A program made the position numbers and the translations under genes. A stretch of DNA of 64,000 bases from Thermoplasmata archaeon (GTDB taxonomy: Archaea > Thermoplasmatota > Thermoplasmata > Thermoplasmatales > GCA-001856825). Below, piece after piece: positions 1 through 10,458 of this stretch. The stretch is taken from contig JAJYUZ010000002.1 of the NCBI GenBank assembly GCA_021792255.1, forward strand, positions 349,071-413,070, read 5' to 3'. Below the pieces are notes generated by a model. It searched no databases. It worked only from the letters and a program-made list of their open reading frames with translations, and had not been told where the DNA came from. Every line of letters starts with the position of its first letter. Positions within the stretch are counted from its first letter, which is position 1.

Positions 1-1
1 G

Positions 2-367
2 GCGCTTGAGGAAGTCGACTTTGTCTTGGTAAACGTCAAAGGAACAGATGTTGCAGGACACGATGGAAACGGTATAGTCAAGAAAGAATTCATAGAAAAA
101 ATAGACAAGGTACTCGGAGAGACTATCATGAAAATAAGGAGTGATATCTTAATATGTTTCACGGGGGACCACTCTACCCCCGCAAGCGTAAAGGAGCACA
201 CTTCCGATCCAGTTCCAATTCTCCTTCACTACCCTGGATGCAGGAGAGATGGCGTGGGAGAGTTTGACGAAATCAAGGCAAAGGATGGATACCTAAGGCT
301 AAGAGGAAGTGATCTCATGAACGTTCTATTGAGTTCTGCAAACAGGTCAGAAAAATATGGAGCTTAA
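2..367 (+). CDS. apgM: 2,3-bisphosphoglycerate-independent phosphoglycerate mutase, C-terminal part (5' truncated by window)
   Basis: VKGTDVAGHDG, TGDHSTP and HTSDPVP metal-binding motifs; frame open to window start. Confidence 0.9.
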   Translation, partial: ALEEVDFVLVNVKGTDVAGHDGNGIVKKEFIEKIDKVLGETIMKIRSDILICFTGDHSTPASVKEHTSDPVPILLHYPGCRRDGVGEFDEIKAKDGYLRLRGSDLMNVLLSSANRSEKYGA

Positions 368-1035
368 GAGATAGTCTCCTCCAACATCTTCTTGATCTCT
401 TCGTCTCTGCTCTCTACTTTAAGCAGCAGATCTCTCGCCTTTTCCTTTTCACCAGAATTGAGATAAATTCTGGACAGTATGATTATGGCATTCCTGTCCC
501 TCTGATCTATCTTCAGGGATACTTCGCAGGATTCCTTGGCGTCATTTATTCTCTGGAGCTTCATCAGACTCTCCGCTCTCTGATTCCAGTAGTATGGGTT
601 CCTGTTTTCCATCTTGATTGCTAGGTCAACAGAAGCTAACGCTTCGACATATCTGGACATCGAAAACAAGAGGCGCGACTTGTCATAATAATAGACGGCT
701 TTCTTCAACAGATTGATTGCCTTGTTGATGTAAGTTAGCGCTTCATCTTTGTTGGAGTCAAAGTTCGAAAGGAACATTCGCCGGTAGGCATCGGGATTTG
801 TAGGGTAATCTTCGAGAAGCATCTTTTGATAAGGAACCGAGTCTTTACTTTGTTTTTCCAGGACATCTATCAGCAATATGATGGCCTCTATGTTCTTCTT
901 AATTTCTATAGATTTTCTTGCATGTTTCTCTGCTTCCTCGAAGTATCCATCTTCAGAAAGCTCTACTGCAGCCATGTACTCGTCTGTACTCTTTGCGAGA
1001 GATGGGAGCACCCTATCTTCGCTCATGATTGACAA
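364..1035 (-). CDS. TPR-repeat protein
   Basis: Repeated helical A-x3-Y/A-x2-A-I-x-L patterns (EALTYINKAINL, EALASVDLAIKM, DAKESCEVSLKID). Confidence 0.75.
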   Translation of the reverse strand: MSIMSEDRVLPSLAKSTDEYMAAVELSEDGYFEEAEKHARKSIEIKKNIEAIILLIDVLEKQSKDSVPYQKMLLEDYPTNPDAYRRMFLSNFDSNKDEALTYINKAINLLKKAVYYYDKSRLLFSMSRYVEALASVDLAIKMENRNPYYWNQRAESLMKLQRINDAKESCEVSLKIDQRDRNAIIILSRIYLNSGEKEKARDLLLKVESRDEEIKKMLEETIS

Positions 1036-1108
1036 TTAAATTACGACAATTTAACATTTCTGCTAGAAACTAAATAAAAGTAATAATACCAATCACTATA
1101 TTCTTCCC

Positions 1109-2080
1109 ATGAAGGTCCAGTTGATCGGTTTGGGTTCAATTGGAAAAAATTTGTTGAGACTTATAGGTCAGAAAGGAAACAGCATAAGGCAGACGATTGG
1201 AGAGAATATTGAGGTCGTTTCAGTAAGTGACACGACAGGTACGGTCATCACGGACGGAATGCCGCTGACTAGTATCATTCAGGCAAAGGAAGGGGGAGGG
1301 CTTAAAACTCTTGATTCTTTTGAGAAAATTAGTGCAAAGAGTGCTATTGCGGACCTCGAATCCGATATCGTAGTGGAAATTACCCAGAGTACGAAGGATG
1401 GGGAACCTGGAATAGCACACATCGTGACCGCCCTAGAAAACGAGAAGAATGTTGTCACGGCCAACAAGAGTACGTTGGTTTCAGGCGTAGACCTCTTTAA
1501 AATGGTAAAGGAAATGAAAAGATCCCTAAGGTACGAAGCAACCGTTTGTGGAGGTCTTCCAGTGTTCAATCTGATGGATTACTGCATGAAACCAGCTAAG
1601 ATAATTTCGGTCGATGGAATTTTCAACGCTACGAGCACTTTTGTGATTTCTCAGATGGAGAGAGGGAAGAGTCAGTCACTGGCAAGGGCCGAGGCAATCA
1701 AACGGGGGTTATCAGAAAAAGACCAAAGAGACGATCTTGCAGGGATCGACTCGGCAAGGAAGGGTACAATTCTTCACAGGAGGATATTCGGATCCTCCCT
1801 GGTTTTGAAAGATGCGACTATTTCTGCAAGAGAGAGTGAAATCTCCGTTGGCTTGAGACAAATCACAGAAGTGACGTCAAGTGGTGTCAAGGTCGGATAT
1901 GAGAAAATAGATGGAAAGAGCATCTATTCAAATGCTGTCGGGCCATCCATGATCATAAGATTCAACACGGACATAATGGATCATCTCACGTTATATACCG
2001 ACCACGATGGTCCACTGGAATCAGCAGCAACAGTATTAAATGACATAATACTGTCGAGGTCAGAAAAGGTAGGCCAATGA
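1109..2080 (+). CDS. hom: Homoserine dehydrogenase
   Basis: IGLGSIG Rossmann motif, NVVTANK, RYEATVCGGLP, GIFNATS. Confidence 0.9.
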   Translation: MKVQLIGLGSIGKNLLRLIGQKGNSIRQTIGENIEVVSVSDTTGTVITDGMPLTSIIQAKEGGGLKTLDSFEKISAKSAIADLESDIVVEITQSTKDGEPGIAHIVTALENEKNVVTANKSTLVSGVDLFKMVKEMKRSLRYEATVCGGLPVFNLMDYCMKPAKIISVDGIFNATSTFVISQMERGKSQSLARAEAIKRGLSEKDQRDDLAGIDSARKGTILHRRIFGSSLVLKDATISARESEISVGLRQITEVTSSGVKVGYEKIDGKSIYSNAVGPSMIIRFNTDIMDHLTLYTDHDGPLESAATVLNDIILSRSEKVGQ

Positions 2081-3144
2081 ACAAGGGATATGTCGCGTTA
2101 GTAGCAGTCCTCTCAGTGCTCTGGGGGGTCATGATGGTAATAGATTTAGTGATGTCTATCCTTCTATTTAAGCCGAATTTTTCTGATTTTCTGAACACCT
2201 TGTTCCCTCTCTTCATAATAGTACCAGTACCGCTTCTTTTGGTTTATCTTCCAGGCACTTTTACTGCAATCTGGCTCGGAGTCGTAGTCGTTGTGGTGAT
2301 CGTCTTCTTCACTTTTGCCATCTATAAATCATCAATGAAGTTCGAGAACTCTTCTCTGTACAGACTCGGAGAATTCTTTGCACTCAATTATTTTCTCTCC
2401 ATTGTCTACATCGAGCTAATCGCTTTGGCGGGCTATCCTATTGTCAGTCCTATCACTAATACTACTCCATTTTATCTGAATTTTATCACCATTACAAATG
2501 CTGGTCTGTACGAAGAGCTCATTTCTAGAGTGTTGTACATCGGTATTCCTCTTTTTGTTTACTACGCCTGGAGTGCCCACGGAAAAAAGTCCCATTCCAG
2601 GCCAAACAAACTTCCGCTGTACAGAATGATCTGGGGGGGCGGTTACAAGTTTGGGAAACCAGAAATCACGTTACTAATAATTTCGTCAATCATTTTCGGA
2701 TTTGCTCACGTCACGTCATGGGATATCTCGAAGGTGCCACAGGCAGCCCTGGGGGGGTTATTACTTGGAGTACTGTACCTGAGGTTTGGACTGTATGCAG
2801 ATGTGTTATTGCACTTCTCCATCGACTCTCCATCCCTCTTATTGCCGCTTGGCACGGGAGATCCACTGGCTTCAGGATATACCAACTCCTTCATCAACGC
2901 AGCTATCATAATTGCGGTCGTAGCAGGGGCCATAGTACTAATCTCCTACATAATTCAAGCAAGAGCAATCTATAGATCAAGAAAGCTAAACCCTCAACTT
3001 ATCGTCGCCCAAGTCTCAGGAGATCCAAGCACTTCGAGGAAAGCACTGGCATGCACCAAATGTGGCTCTAGCAGGGTGACTTTCTTTTATGACGATATTT
3101 ATCGATGTGACGACTGCGGAACAGTTTTCAAATGGGATCAATAA
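2077..3144 (+). CDS. CPBP (CAAX/Abi) intramembrane metalloprotease with C-terminal zinc ribbon
   Basis: EELISR, FGFAH and LLHF motifs in a multi-TM protein; C-terminal CTKC...CDDC. Confidence 0.8.
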   Translation: MNKGYVALVAVLSVLWGVMMVIDLVMSILLFKPNFSDFLNTLFPLFIIVPVPLLLVYLPGTFTAIWLGVVVVVVIVFFTFAIYKSSMKFENSSLYRLGEFFALNYFLSIVYIELIALAGYPIVSPITNTTPFYLNFITITNAGLYEELISRVLYIGIPLFVYYAWSAHGKKSHSRPNKLPLYRMIWGGGYKFGKPEITLLIISSIIFGFAHVTSWDISKVPQAALGGLLLGVLYLRFGLYADVLLHFSIDSPSLLLPLGTGDPLASGYTNSFINAAIIIAVVAGAIVLISYIIQARAIYRSRKLNPQLIVAQVSGDPSTSRKALACTKCGSSRVTFFYDDIYRCDDCGTVFKWDQ

Positions 3145-4340
3145 TTTGCCATTTCATCTACTCTCATAATTTCCCTAAGAACTGATGTCGCGTATCCCCC
3201 TGGTAGAAGAGAAAACCTGACCGTCGAATCAGAGCATTCAAAATCCTTGAATCTCAAGAATAAATCTCTTCTTTCTCCCTTTGAACTCAACCCGAAAGGA
3301 AGCTTAAAATCAGATTGCTTAACGCCCTCCTGACTCAGGATTTGGCTCTCGATCGCCCCCATTTTTCCTCTGGCAAATTCAGTATCGAATCCCACAACAA
3401 GACCCGTTGGAGACCCATCTCCCTTTGCAAAAGAAGAGGACACTTTTTCGATGTTCAGATTATTGACCATTATGAATTCGTCATTGATACTGAAGATGTC
3501 GCCAGGAATGATCGACTTGGCCAATTCCAACCTATTGCTGAGAATTCTGTTGAAGATGTATCCCTGATAAGCATGTATGAACATAGAAACTAGGTTCTCT
3601 GGAAGCTCCTTAATTGCGCCAACGTAATCTTCTTTCTGACTGACAAGATGTACCATAACTTTTCTCTCAAGATCTAGTGATTCTGGAAAGATTTCCAAAC
3701 CTCTTACTGGATCCGGCTTATCAAAGTACTCCTTTCTGACTTCAGCGAATCTATCCTCTCCAGGATATCCCACGAACACCCTAACGGCCTCTTCATAGTT
3801 TCCTCTAACAATCTCCCTGCCGACGACGTGGGTGATGGGTCTCAGAGAACCGAACCTTTGTGGTCCATAGTAGTTCGGTACTTTTCCCTCTCTCTTGGCC
3901 TCTTTGCAGTTAGAAGTGAATGTGGATGAATCGGTATCTGAAACCTTAATCTCGAATAGGTTCTGGGAATGGCTGCCTATAGTCAATGGAGAGTCGAGGT
4001 AGAAATGCTCTAGTATCTCAACATCATTCAACGAGAAGTCCCTATATTTAATCCCCGGAATGCTAAAGTACTGAACTTTCACGCTTCTCCTATCCTTCGT
4101 CCCTGCGAAATAAACTCTCTTTGGTGAGACGTGGTTGCTCCTTGCCAAGAATCTTATGAGCCTGTTGTGCTCCCAGTTCTTGGCTTTCAACTTAAGCACT
4201 AAGACCTTTCCATCATCTTTCTTGTCTAGATTTTCGAAGCGTTCTTCCACGTAGAAATCTTCAGATTCCTTTCTGAGTTTTCCCCCCGAAGGAGGCAGAT
4301 CTAAGTAATAACTGGAGACACCAATTTCCGAGAATTTCAC
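3138..4340 (-). CDS. truD: tRNA pseudouridine(13) synthase TruD
   Basis: EDFYVEE, AGTKDRRS, PNYYGPQRFG, GGYATSVLRE. Confidence 0.93.
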   Translation of the reverse strand: MKFSEIGVSSYYLDLPPSGGKLRKESEDFYVEERFENLDKKDDGKVLVLKLKAKNWEHNRLIRFLARSNHVSPKRVYFAGTKDRRSVKVQYFSIPGIKYRDFSLNDVEILEHFYLDSPLTIGSHSQNLFEIKVSDTDSSTFTSNCKEAKREGKVPNYYGPQRFGSLRPITHVVGREIVRGNYEEAVRVFVGYPGEDRFAEVRKEYFDKPDPVRGLEIFPESLDLERKVMVHLVSQKEDYVGAIKELPENLVSMFIHAYQGYIFNRILSNRLELAKSIIPGDIFSINDEFIMVNNLNIEKVSSSFAKGDGSPTGLVVGFDTEFARGKMGAIESQILSQEGVKQSDFKLPFGLSSKGERRDLFLRFKDFECSDSTVRFSLLPGGYATSVLREIMRVDEMANY

Positions 4341-4395
4341 GATTGTCGAAGAGCATCAACAACATTAATTAACTCTTTTCTCCTTCTCGCCCTAA

Positions 4396-5214
4396 ATGTG
4401 GGAAGGTCTCACTGGAAAGAGAAAAAAAAATGGGCTATTCGGGATGGTAATAGGAATAGTGGTATCTTCTATTCTTCTCTATCTTTCGTTTTCCGTCTCA
4501 TCATTTTTGTACCTCTTGATACCTGTTCTTCTTCTGGTCATCTTTCATTACACCAAGGCGTGGCGATTTTCTGACCGGGCAGTTTATGGATTTATCGCAA
4601 TAATCCTTGCATTTTTCATAGCCATGGGAGGAATATCGATATCAATCGAAGGCGCCCCTCACCAATCGACGGCAACCCTTACTGAGTCATCTGTTTCGTC
4701 CTACATTCATTTCGGTTATTACAACAACAGTGGAAGTTACATTTTCAATTTCAGCTTACCCGCAAAGAGCATTACTAGCACTGCCCAAATAGGACTCATA
4801 GACCTGTTCACCAATGAAACGATTCTATCAACGAACGCAACTTTCTCGAATTCTGGGAATAACTATTCGTACTCCTGGAATGCAGGACAGTTATCTTCAC
4901 ATGCATACGTAGTGTTATTGACCCTTCACTTCATAGAGAACAACACTACGGTAAGTCAAGAAGTCGAATTCCTCGGGCCTGTACTCATTTCGGGAATAAA
5001 TGTGATGTTCTACCTTGTGGAAAGATTGATCGCGACCTATCTCCTTATAACGTTCTTGTTCTTTTTGGCCTTCGCTTTCTTTGCTAGAGCTTTATCGATG
5101 TCCAAGCAGAGAAGGAGGACGGACGGAAATCAGAATCCTCCCACACCTACAGAGCAGCCTGTAATGGAAAGTGATCAGCGGAAGACCGGATGGTTTGGTC
5201 GTAGAAAGAATTAG
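4396..5214 (+). CDS. Membrane protein with N-glycosylation-sequon-rich extracellular domain
   Basis: 3 N-terminal TMs and 1 C-terminal TM; sequons NNS, NFS, NET, NAT, NYS, NNT. Confidence 0.7.
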   Translation: MWEGLTGKRKKNGLFGMVIGIVVSSILLYLSFSVSSFLYLLIPVLLLVIFHYTKAWRFSDRAVYGFIAIILAFFIAMGGISISIEGAPHQSTATLTESSVSSYIHFGYYNNSGSYIFNFSLPAKSITSTAQIGLIDLFTNETILSTNATFSNSGNNYSYSWNAGQLSSHAYVVLLTLHFIENNTTVSQEVEFLGPVLISGINVMFYLVERLIATYLLITFLFFLAFAFFARALSMSKQRRRTDGNQNPPTPTEQPVMESDQRKTGWFGRRKN

Positions 5215-5666
5215 GCCTCTAGGCCTAGCTCTCTGATTTTACCTAGGACTTCTTGGGCGTGCTCCTTTGGGCTCACCTTCGGAAAGATGTATGCGATCTT
5301 TCCCTCTCTGTCAATTATGAAAGTGACTCTCTTGGCAGTCCCGAGTCCCAGCGCATTGTACTTCTTGGAAATATCCTTAGATCCATCGGGCGCCAGTGGG
5401 AAGGGTAGGTCGTACTTTTCGACAAATTTCTTGTGAGAATTTTCCGAGTCGACGCTGACTCCTATCACTTCTATCCCTCTGGACCTGAAATCATCGAAAT
5501 TGTCCCTAAAATTGCACGCTTCCGTCGTACACCCTGGTGTAAAATCTCTTGGATAAAAGTAGACGACCACAACCTTTCCTCTGTGATCCGAGAGTCTCCG
5601 TTTTCCGCCATCTATTGTCAGCTCAAAATCTGGTGCACCGTCTCCGACTTTTAATTCGTTGTCCAC
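5211..5666 (-). CDS. bcp: Peroxiredoxin (BCP/PrxQ)
   Basis: YFYPRDFTPGCTTEACNFRD. Confidence 0.93.
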   Translation of the reverse strand: MDNELKVGDGAPDFELTIDGGKRRLSDHRGKVVVVYFYPRDFTPGCTTEACNFRDNFDDFRSRGIEVIGVSVDSENSHKKFVEKYDLPFPLAPDGSKDISKKYNALGLGTAKRVTFIIDREGKIAYIFPKVSPKEHAQEVLGKIRELGLEA

Positions 5667-5723
5667 GTATTTTCAACTCAAATCTATTTAAATATTTTTT
5701 CTGACTAAGATCGCTTTATTTTC

Positions 5724-5738
5724 TGATCGAATCGATCA
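5724..5738. promoter_or_regulatory. Perfect 7-1-7 inverted repeat TGATCGA-A-TCGATCA upstream of the bcp promoter
   Basis: Palindrome read directly, about 30 bp upstream of the minus-strand TATA-like TTTAAATA near 5685-5692. Confidence 0.4.
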
Positions 5739-5767
5739 AACTGGTTCGTGTTCGGTGCCGTAAATGA

Positions 5768-7735
5768 CTACTTAATTCCACCGTCAATAGGGATCATTGT
5801 CCCGGTCGTTGCACCAAACAAGCTTTCCTTTATCAGCGCAATCACCATGTTTGCTACTTGCTCCGGAAGGACTTCAACATGAAGTAAGTTTCCTTTTTTG
5901 TATTCATCAGGTGATATTCCCTTTGCCCTCGCTCTGTTTTCCAAAACACCACCTTCCCATATCTTTGATTCTCTGAATATTTTGTCCGGATTGATGACGT
6001 TGCTCCGAATCCCGTACCTTCCACCTTCGATTGCCACGTACCTTGAGAGCTGAGCTGCAAATGCTTTAGAAGTTCCATATGCCGTCATACCCTCGCCCGG
6101 GTTGGTAACATTCTTCGTGACATTGAATATAAATGACCCACCCGAGCCTTGAGATTTCATTATTTTAAATGCTTCCCTCGTGACCAAGAAAGTGCCAACG
6201 GAATTTATTTCGACATGTTTTCTCAGATCTTCCAGAGAAGTGTCCTCGAGCGGTGATGGTTTGAGGTATCCAGCATTGTTGAAAACAACATCAATTCCCC
6301 CAAAATTCTTTATGATATCCCTAAAAGCCCCCTTGACTGAAGTCTCATTCGAAATGTCAAATTTTATTCCATAAGCATCTTCTCCTATTTCCTTCGAGAC
6401 TTCTGATATTCTTTGGTCTACGTCTCCTCCTGCTGTGAGTATTCCTTCCTTCACGAACCTCTGAAAGGTGACCTTACCTATCCCGCTCGCCGCTCCCGTC
6501 ACCAAACCGATGTATCCTTCAAGTTCCTTCCTCTTCTTCTTCGCTAGTTTAGCTTCCTGGAAGGGCCAATACTCCATGTCGAAGCACTGCTGATCTGTGA
6601 TAAATTTGTTCTTTGCGATTGCACCTGCAGCACTGGCTACTCTGAATGAATGCATTGCCTCATCTCTCAATATGTCAGCCTCTTTCTTCGTACTAGCGGC
6701 AGTTACCACCCCATATCCTCTGAAAACCAGCACGGATGGATAGGGGTCGTGCATCTCTCGCCCCGAGGGGACATATCTCTTGTAGTCTCCTTCGTAGGAC
6801 CTTACAAAATCATCGATGTCAGATTCTATTTTCGCAATGTCATCCGAGAAAAGAAACCTCTTTTTCATTCTTACCAGCATATCTGGCGTTGCTGGACCAA
6901 GGTCCTGGAATTTCTCTGCCTCCGGACTGAAGGAGAATCCTACTGCCTCTGAAGAATAATCCCAGGTGAGAATCTTTTTCTTCTCAGTGCTCAGAAGACC
7001 CCTCAATATTGGAAGAAAGCCTAGGAAAGAATCTTCTTTTTCCTTTTCGAACTCCTTTGAGGCGATTCCCTTCCACTTGCTCTCAATGTGTCTCTTCGCT
7101 TCTTCCACGAGCTTGAGATGCATCTCATAACTCTCTCTTGCAGTTTTTCCCCAAGTCACAAGCCCATGATTTCTCAAGATGACCCCTGCGAAATTTGAGA
7201 GGTCCCTTTCACTTATGATATTGAGGAAAAATCTTGCAAGTTGAAATCCAGGAGGGGCATAGGGTATCACCAGTACTTTTTCTTTAAAAATATCGGTTAT
7301 TTCATTATCTCCAAGATCCGTGTTGGTAAGAGCAACAATGAAGTCGGAATGTGAATGATCGACAAATTTTGAACTAATAAAGGCGTGGATGAATATTTCG
7401 ACCGACGGGAATGCTTGGTCCGTATCTAGCATGCACGTCTTTATGAAGGAGGACATTTCCTGGTCATTCATGCTTTCCAAAAGTTTCGCTTCCATCAGGC
7501 CATCCATCCGAAGACCCGTAAAATCTTCTGCATTTATTGTGGCCAAATCGGATCCAGAACTTTTCACAAATATGGCTGAAATGTCTTTCCCAGTCACGCT
7601 GCGAACTTTGAGTTTGACACTGGTGTTTCCACCCCCGTGAAGAACAAGGTTATGGTCAGACCCTAGAGATCTGGAAGTAACGACTCTCTCGTCCAATAGC
7701 TTTCTTTCCTGATCCGGGATGGCAAACATCATCAT
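5768..7735 (-). CDS. Bifunctional class II aldolase / short-chain dehydrogenase (rhamnulose-1-P aldolase/SDR family)
   Basis: LVLHGGGNTSVK, PSVE, HSH and HGL aldolase motifs; TGAASGIG, NNAG and YGTSK SDR motifs; start uncertain (7729-7771). Confidence 0.85.
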   Translation of the reverse strand: MMMFAIPDQERKLLDERVVTSRSLGSDHNLVLHGGGNTSVKLKVRSVTGKDISAIFVKSSGSDLATINAEDFTGLRMDGLMEAKLLESMNDQEMSSFIKTCMLDTDQAFPSVEIFIHAFISSKFVDHSHSDFIVALTNTDLGDNEITDIFKEKVLVIPYAPPGFQLARFFLNIISERDLSNFAGVILRNHGLVTWGKTARESYEMHLKLVEEAKRHIESKWKGIASKEFEKEKEDSFLGFLPILRGLLSTEKKKILTWDYSSEAVGFSFSPEAEKFQDLGPATPDMLVRMKKRFLFSDDIAKIESDIDDFVRSYEGDYKRYVPSGREMHDPYPSVLVFRGYGVVTAASTKKEADILRDEAMHSFRVASAAGAIAKNKFITDQQCFDMEYWPFQEAKLAKKKRKELEGYIGLVTGAASGIGKVTFQRFVKEGILTAGGDVDQRISEVSKEIGEDAYGIKFDISNETSVKGAFRDIIKNFGGIDVVFNNAGYLKPSPLEDTSLEDLRKHVEINSVGTFLVTREAFKIMKSQGSGGSFIFNVTKNVTNPGEGMTAYGTSKAFAAQLSRYVAIEGGRYGIRSNVINPDKIFRESKIWEGGVLENRARAKGISPDEYKKGNLLHVEVLPEQVANMVIALIKESLFGATTGTMIPIDGGIK

Positions 7736-7844
7736 TTGCGAATACCAACCGGATAAAATATGTTTATCCACTTTTAAGATTATTTTGCCATTTGAATTTG
7801 CCCGTTCATAAAAAAGAATAAATTGGGATTGAAATTATAGTGGC

Positions 7845-9410
7845 ATGGATTCGTTTTCCAACAGAGACAAGGACGTATTCTTAATCACGTGTGAAAAAAT
7901 GATAGACAGGGGGGCCCTGATGTCGAGATATAGCAGGACCAAAGAACTTGATATCAGAACGTTGTGGGACAAGGAGTTCGCGGGAGTAGAGGACCGGGCT
8001 GAGAAATTTTACGAAAGAGTTTTTTTAGAGTACGGGGACGAATCCGTTGCTGAGCTAGCGACGGCTCAGATGGGTATCCAAAACGTCAGCAACGTCACTT
8101 CAAAGATCATAGAGGAGAGCAGAATAGGTCTCTCTTATCTTGAAAAGAGTTCGAGATACGTCTCATACAAAGAAAAAAGGAATGGAAGGTTTCTCTACTT
8201 GGATCCAGAAAGGGCAGGCATTCCCAAGAAATATTACGAAAGATATGAAGAATTCAACACTTCGCTCTTTGAACTCTACGAAAGGATATTTACGGGAGTC
8301 ACAAGTTACATCAAGGAGAATAATTCATTTGAAAGAACCAGGTTTTACCTTCCAAATGGAAAGGAAGTTAGATTGGGGGAGGAAGGGGCTTCGGAGGAAG
8401 TTTTAAAGAAGGCATACGATAACTCCGTAAGAAGTAGAGCTTTGGACGAAACTAGGTTTATACTTCCGGCTTCCACTCTTACTAACATAGGAATCAGCGG
8501 AAATGCAAGGGCTTTTTCACATTTGCTGGAGAGACTAAAGGTGAGCGGACTTACGGAAGCCGATAGGCTGTACGAAGAATTGTTGACCGAGCTGAAACTA
8601 GTGTTTCCTAAGCTCATCGAAAATGTCCAAAATCCACACGGAATTGAGAACGTGGAGTACCTTAAAGCGATGAAAAATTTCGTTCCCGACAAAATCTCTC
8701 CCCTAGGGGAATCAAAGAGTACCACCGTAAATCTGGTCTCCTGGGAAAACGATGACACTGCCCTTAACAAGATACTGTCCTCCTACTTCTTCGAAAGAAC
8801 CGAAGAAGATTATGAATCTCTCTTCAGACGCTTTTCGTCTCTTGGCATCCAACAAAAGACGGAGATCTTAAACAAAATAGCAGATTCGAGAAAAAACAGA
8901 CGGAACAAGCTTGACAGGAGTTTCGAACACGTTCACTACTCATTCGAAATAAATACCAACTTTGGGGCTTTCAGGGACCTGCAGAGACATAGATCCTTGA
9001 CGATTCAAAGAAAGCCATTGAGCTCCGAACATGGATTTGACGTTCCTCCTATAATTTCAAAAATCGACGACCTTTTGAAGCAATACCTAAGAGCGATCGA
9101 AGAATCGAAAAGACTCTACAATGAAATAAAATCTGAAAATCTGAAGGCAGCCCAGTACGTAGTAATATTTGCCCACAAACACCCAACCCTAGTCACAGTC
9201 GATCTGAGAGAACTGGTGTACCTAACCGAGCTCAGATCCACTCCTCAAGCTCACTTTGACTTGAGAAACATCAGCAGAGAGATGGTCAGGCAAGCAAAAG
9301 AAGTCAATCCTTCTTTAGATAGATTGTTCACATTCCTTAATGTGAAAGAAGAGGAACTCGGGAGGCTGAGTGCTGAACTCAGGAAAGAAATAAAACTCAA
9401 GAGTGCTTGA
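7845..9410 (+). CDS. thyX: FAD-dependent thymidylate synthase, tandem-domain type
   Basis: YGDESVAEL, EKSSRYV, RFILPASTLT, RDLQRHR, LRELVYLTELRS. Confidence 0.9.
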   Translation: MDSFSNRDKDVFLITCEKMIDRGALMSRYSRTKELDIRTLWDKEFAGVEDRAEKFYERVFLEYGDESVAELATAQMGIQNVSNVTSKIIEESRIGLSYLEKSSRYVSYKEKRNGRFLYLDPERAGIPKKYYERYEEFNTSLFELYERIFTGVTSYIKENNSFERTRFYLPNGKEVRLGEEGASEEVLKKAYDNSVRSRALDETRFILPASTLTNIGISGNARAFSHLLERLKVSGLTEADRLYEELLTELKLVFPKLIENVQNPHGIENVEYLKAMKNFVPDKISPLGESKSTTVNLVSWENDDTALNKILSSYFFERTEEDYESLFRRFSSLGIQQKTEILNKIADSRKNRRNKLDRSFEHVHYSFEINTNFGAFRDLQRHRSLTIQRKPLSSEHGFDVPPIISKIDDLLKQYLRAIEESKRLYNEIKSENLKAAQYVVIFAHKHPTLVTVDLRELVYLTELRSTPQAHFDLRNISREMVRQAKEVNPSLDRLFTFLNVKEEELGRLSAELRKEIKLKSA

Positions 9411-9487
9411 TTCTTTCTAGGTTTGGAAAGGAACAGCAGTACTTTAAGAATACTGTTTTACGTCCTGAGATTCATGGGGCCTAGGGC

Positions 9488-10279
9488 TTATTTCCTCTTG
9501 TTCTCCTCAAATATTCCCATAGCCTCTTTGACCGTTGCCTTTTCGTGAACTATAGCTCTAATCGATTTGATCATCCCGACTGGGTTATCGTTTTGCCAGA
9601 TGTTTCTCCCCATATCGACTCCGACCGCACCCTCTTGAAGAGCATTGTAGACCAGGTTAAAAACGTCCAATTCTGTGTTGAGTTTTGGTCCGCCGGCAAC
9701 AACGAGAGGAACAGGAGACCCATCTGCCACTTTCCTGAAATTATCGCAGTAGTAGGTTTTGACTATGTGTGCTCCTATTTCAGCTGCGAGCCTGCAGGAA
9801 AGGGCAAGATATTTTGCATCTCTCTTTTCGAGTTCCTTTCCTACCGCAGTGATTGCCATTACGGGCATTCCAATCTCTTCACCATCATTTACCAGCTTTG
9901 ACAGGTTTATCAAAGATTGCTTCTCGTGATTTGTTCCTACGAATATGGAAAGAGCAACCGCGGAGACATTCAGCCTCACTGCGTCTTGCATTGAAGTAGT
10001 AATTTCCTCATCGCTCAAGTCTTCCTTTAAAACGCTCGCCCCCCCAGACACTCTTAAGAGAATCGGGGTATCCCATTTCGGGTCTATTGACGTCCGAAGT
10101 ACTCCTCTAGTAACTGCAATCGTATCAGCGTAGGGTAGCAGAGGTTCGAGAGTCTTTCTTGGATTCTCGAGTTTGTGGGTTGGTCCCATAAAATATCCAT
10201 GGTCTGCAGCCAGCATCACCGATCTTCCGGTAGCCGGTTTGATCATTCTTGAAAGTCTGTTCTTCATTCCCCAGTCCAT
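9488..10279 (-). CDS. lsrF: LsrF-like 3-hydroxy-5-phosphonooxypentane-2,4-dione thiolase (class I aldolase family)
   Basis: MDWGMKNRLSR, DHGYFMGPT, VKTYYC, AGGPK, GVDMGRNIWQ. Confidence 0.85.
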   Translation of the reverse strand: MDWGMKNRLSRMIKPATGRSVMLAADHGYFMGPTHKLENPRKTLEPLLPYADTIAVTRGVLRTSIDPKWDTPILLRVSGGASVLKEDLSDEEITTSMQDAVRLNVSAVALSIFVGTNHEKQSLINLSKLVNDGEEIGMPVMAITAVGKELEKRDAKYLALSCRLAAEIGAHIVKTYYCDNFRKVADGSPVPLVVAGGPKLNTELDVFNLVYNALQEGAVGVDMGRNIWQNDNPVGMIKSIRAIVHEKATVKEAMGIFEENKRK

Positions 10280-10458
10280 ATATTTCGCCTTCTACAGCAC
10301 TCACGGATGTTATCTTAGTCTAATAATATTTCTATGGTCAGCCACTCGCAATTTAGGCATCATTTACGAGGCATTTCCAGATACATCGCATCAAGAGAGT
10401 CGATGATGAAAACCCAGACTATGGTCATTCTTTTATAAGGAAACAAGTTGGAGAATTG

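Noticed and set aside
7845-9410. Double-length ThyX
   Set aside because: Tandem-domain ThyX is an established subtype
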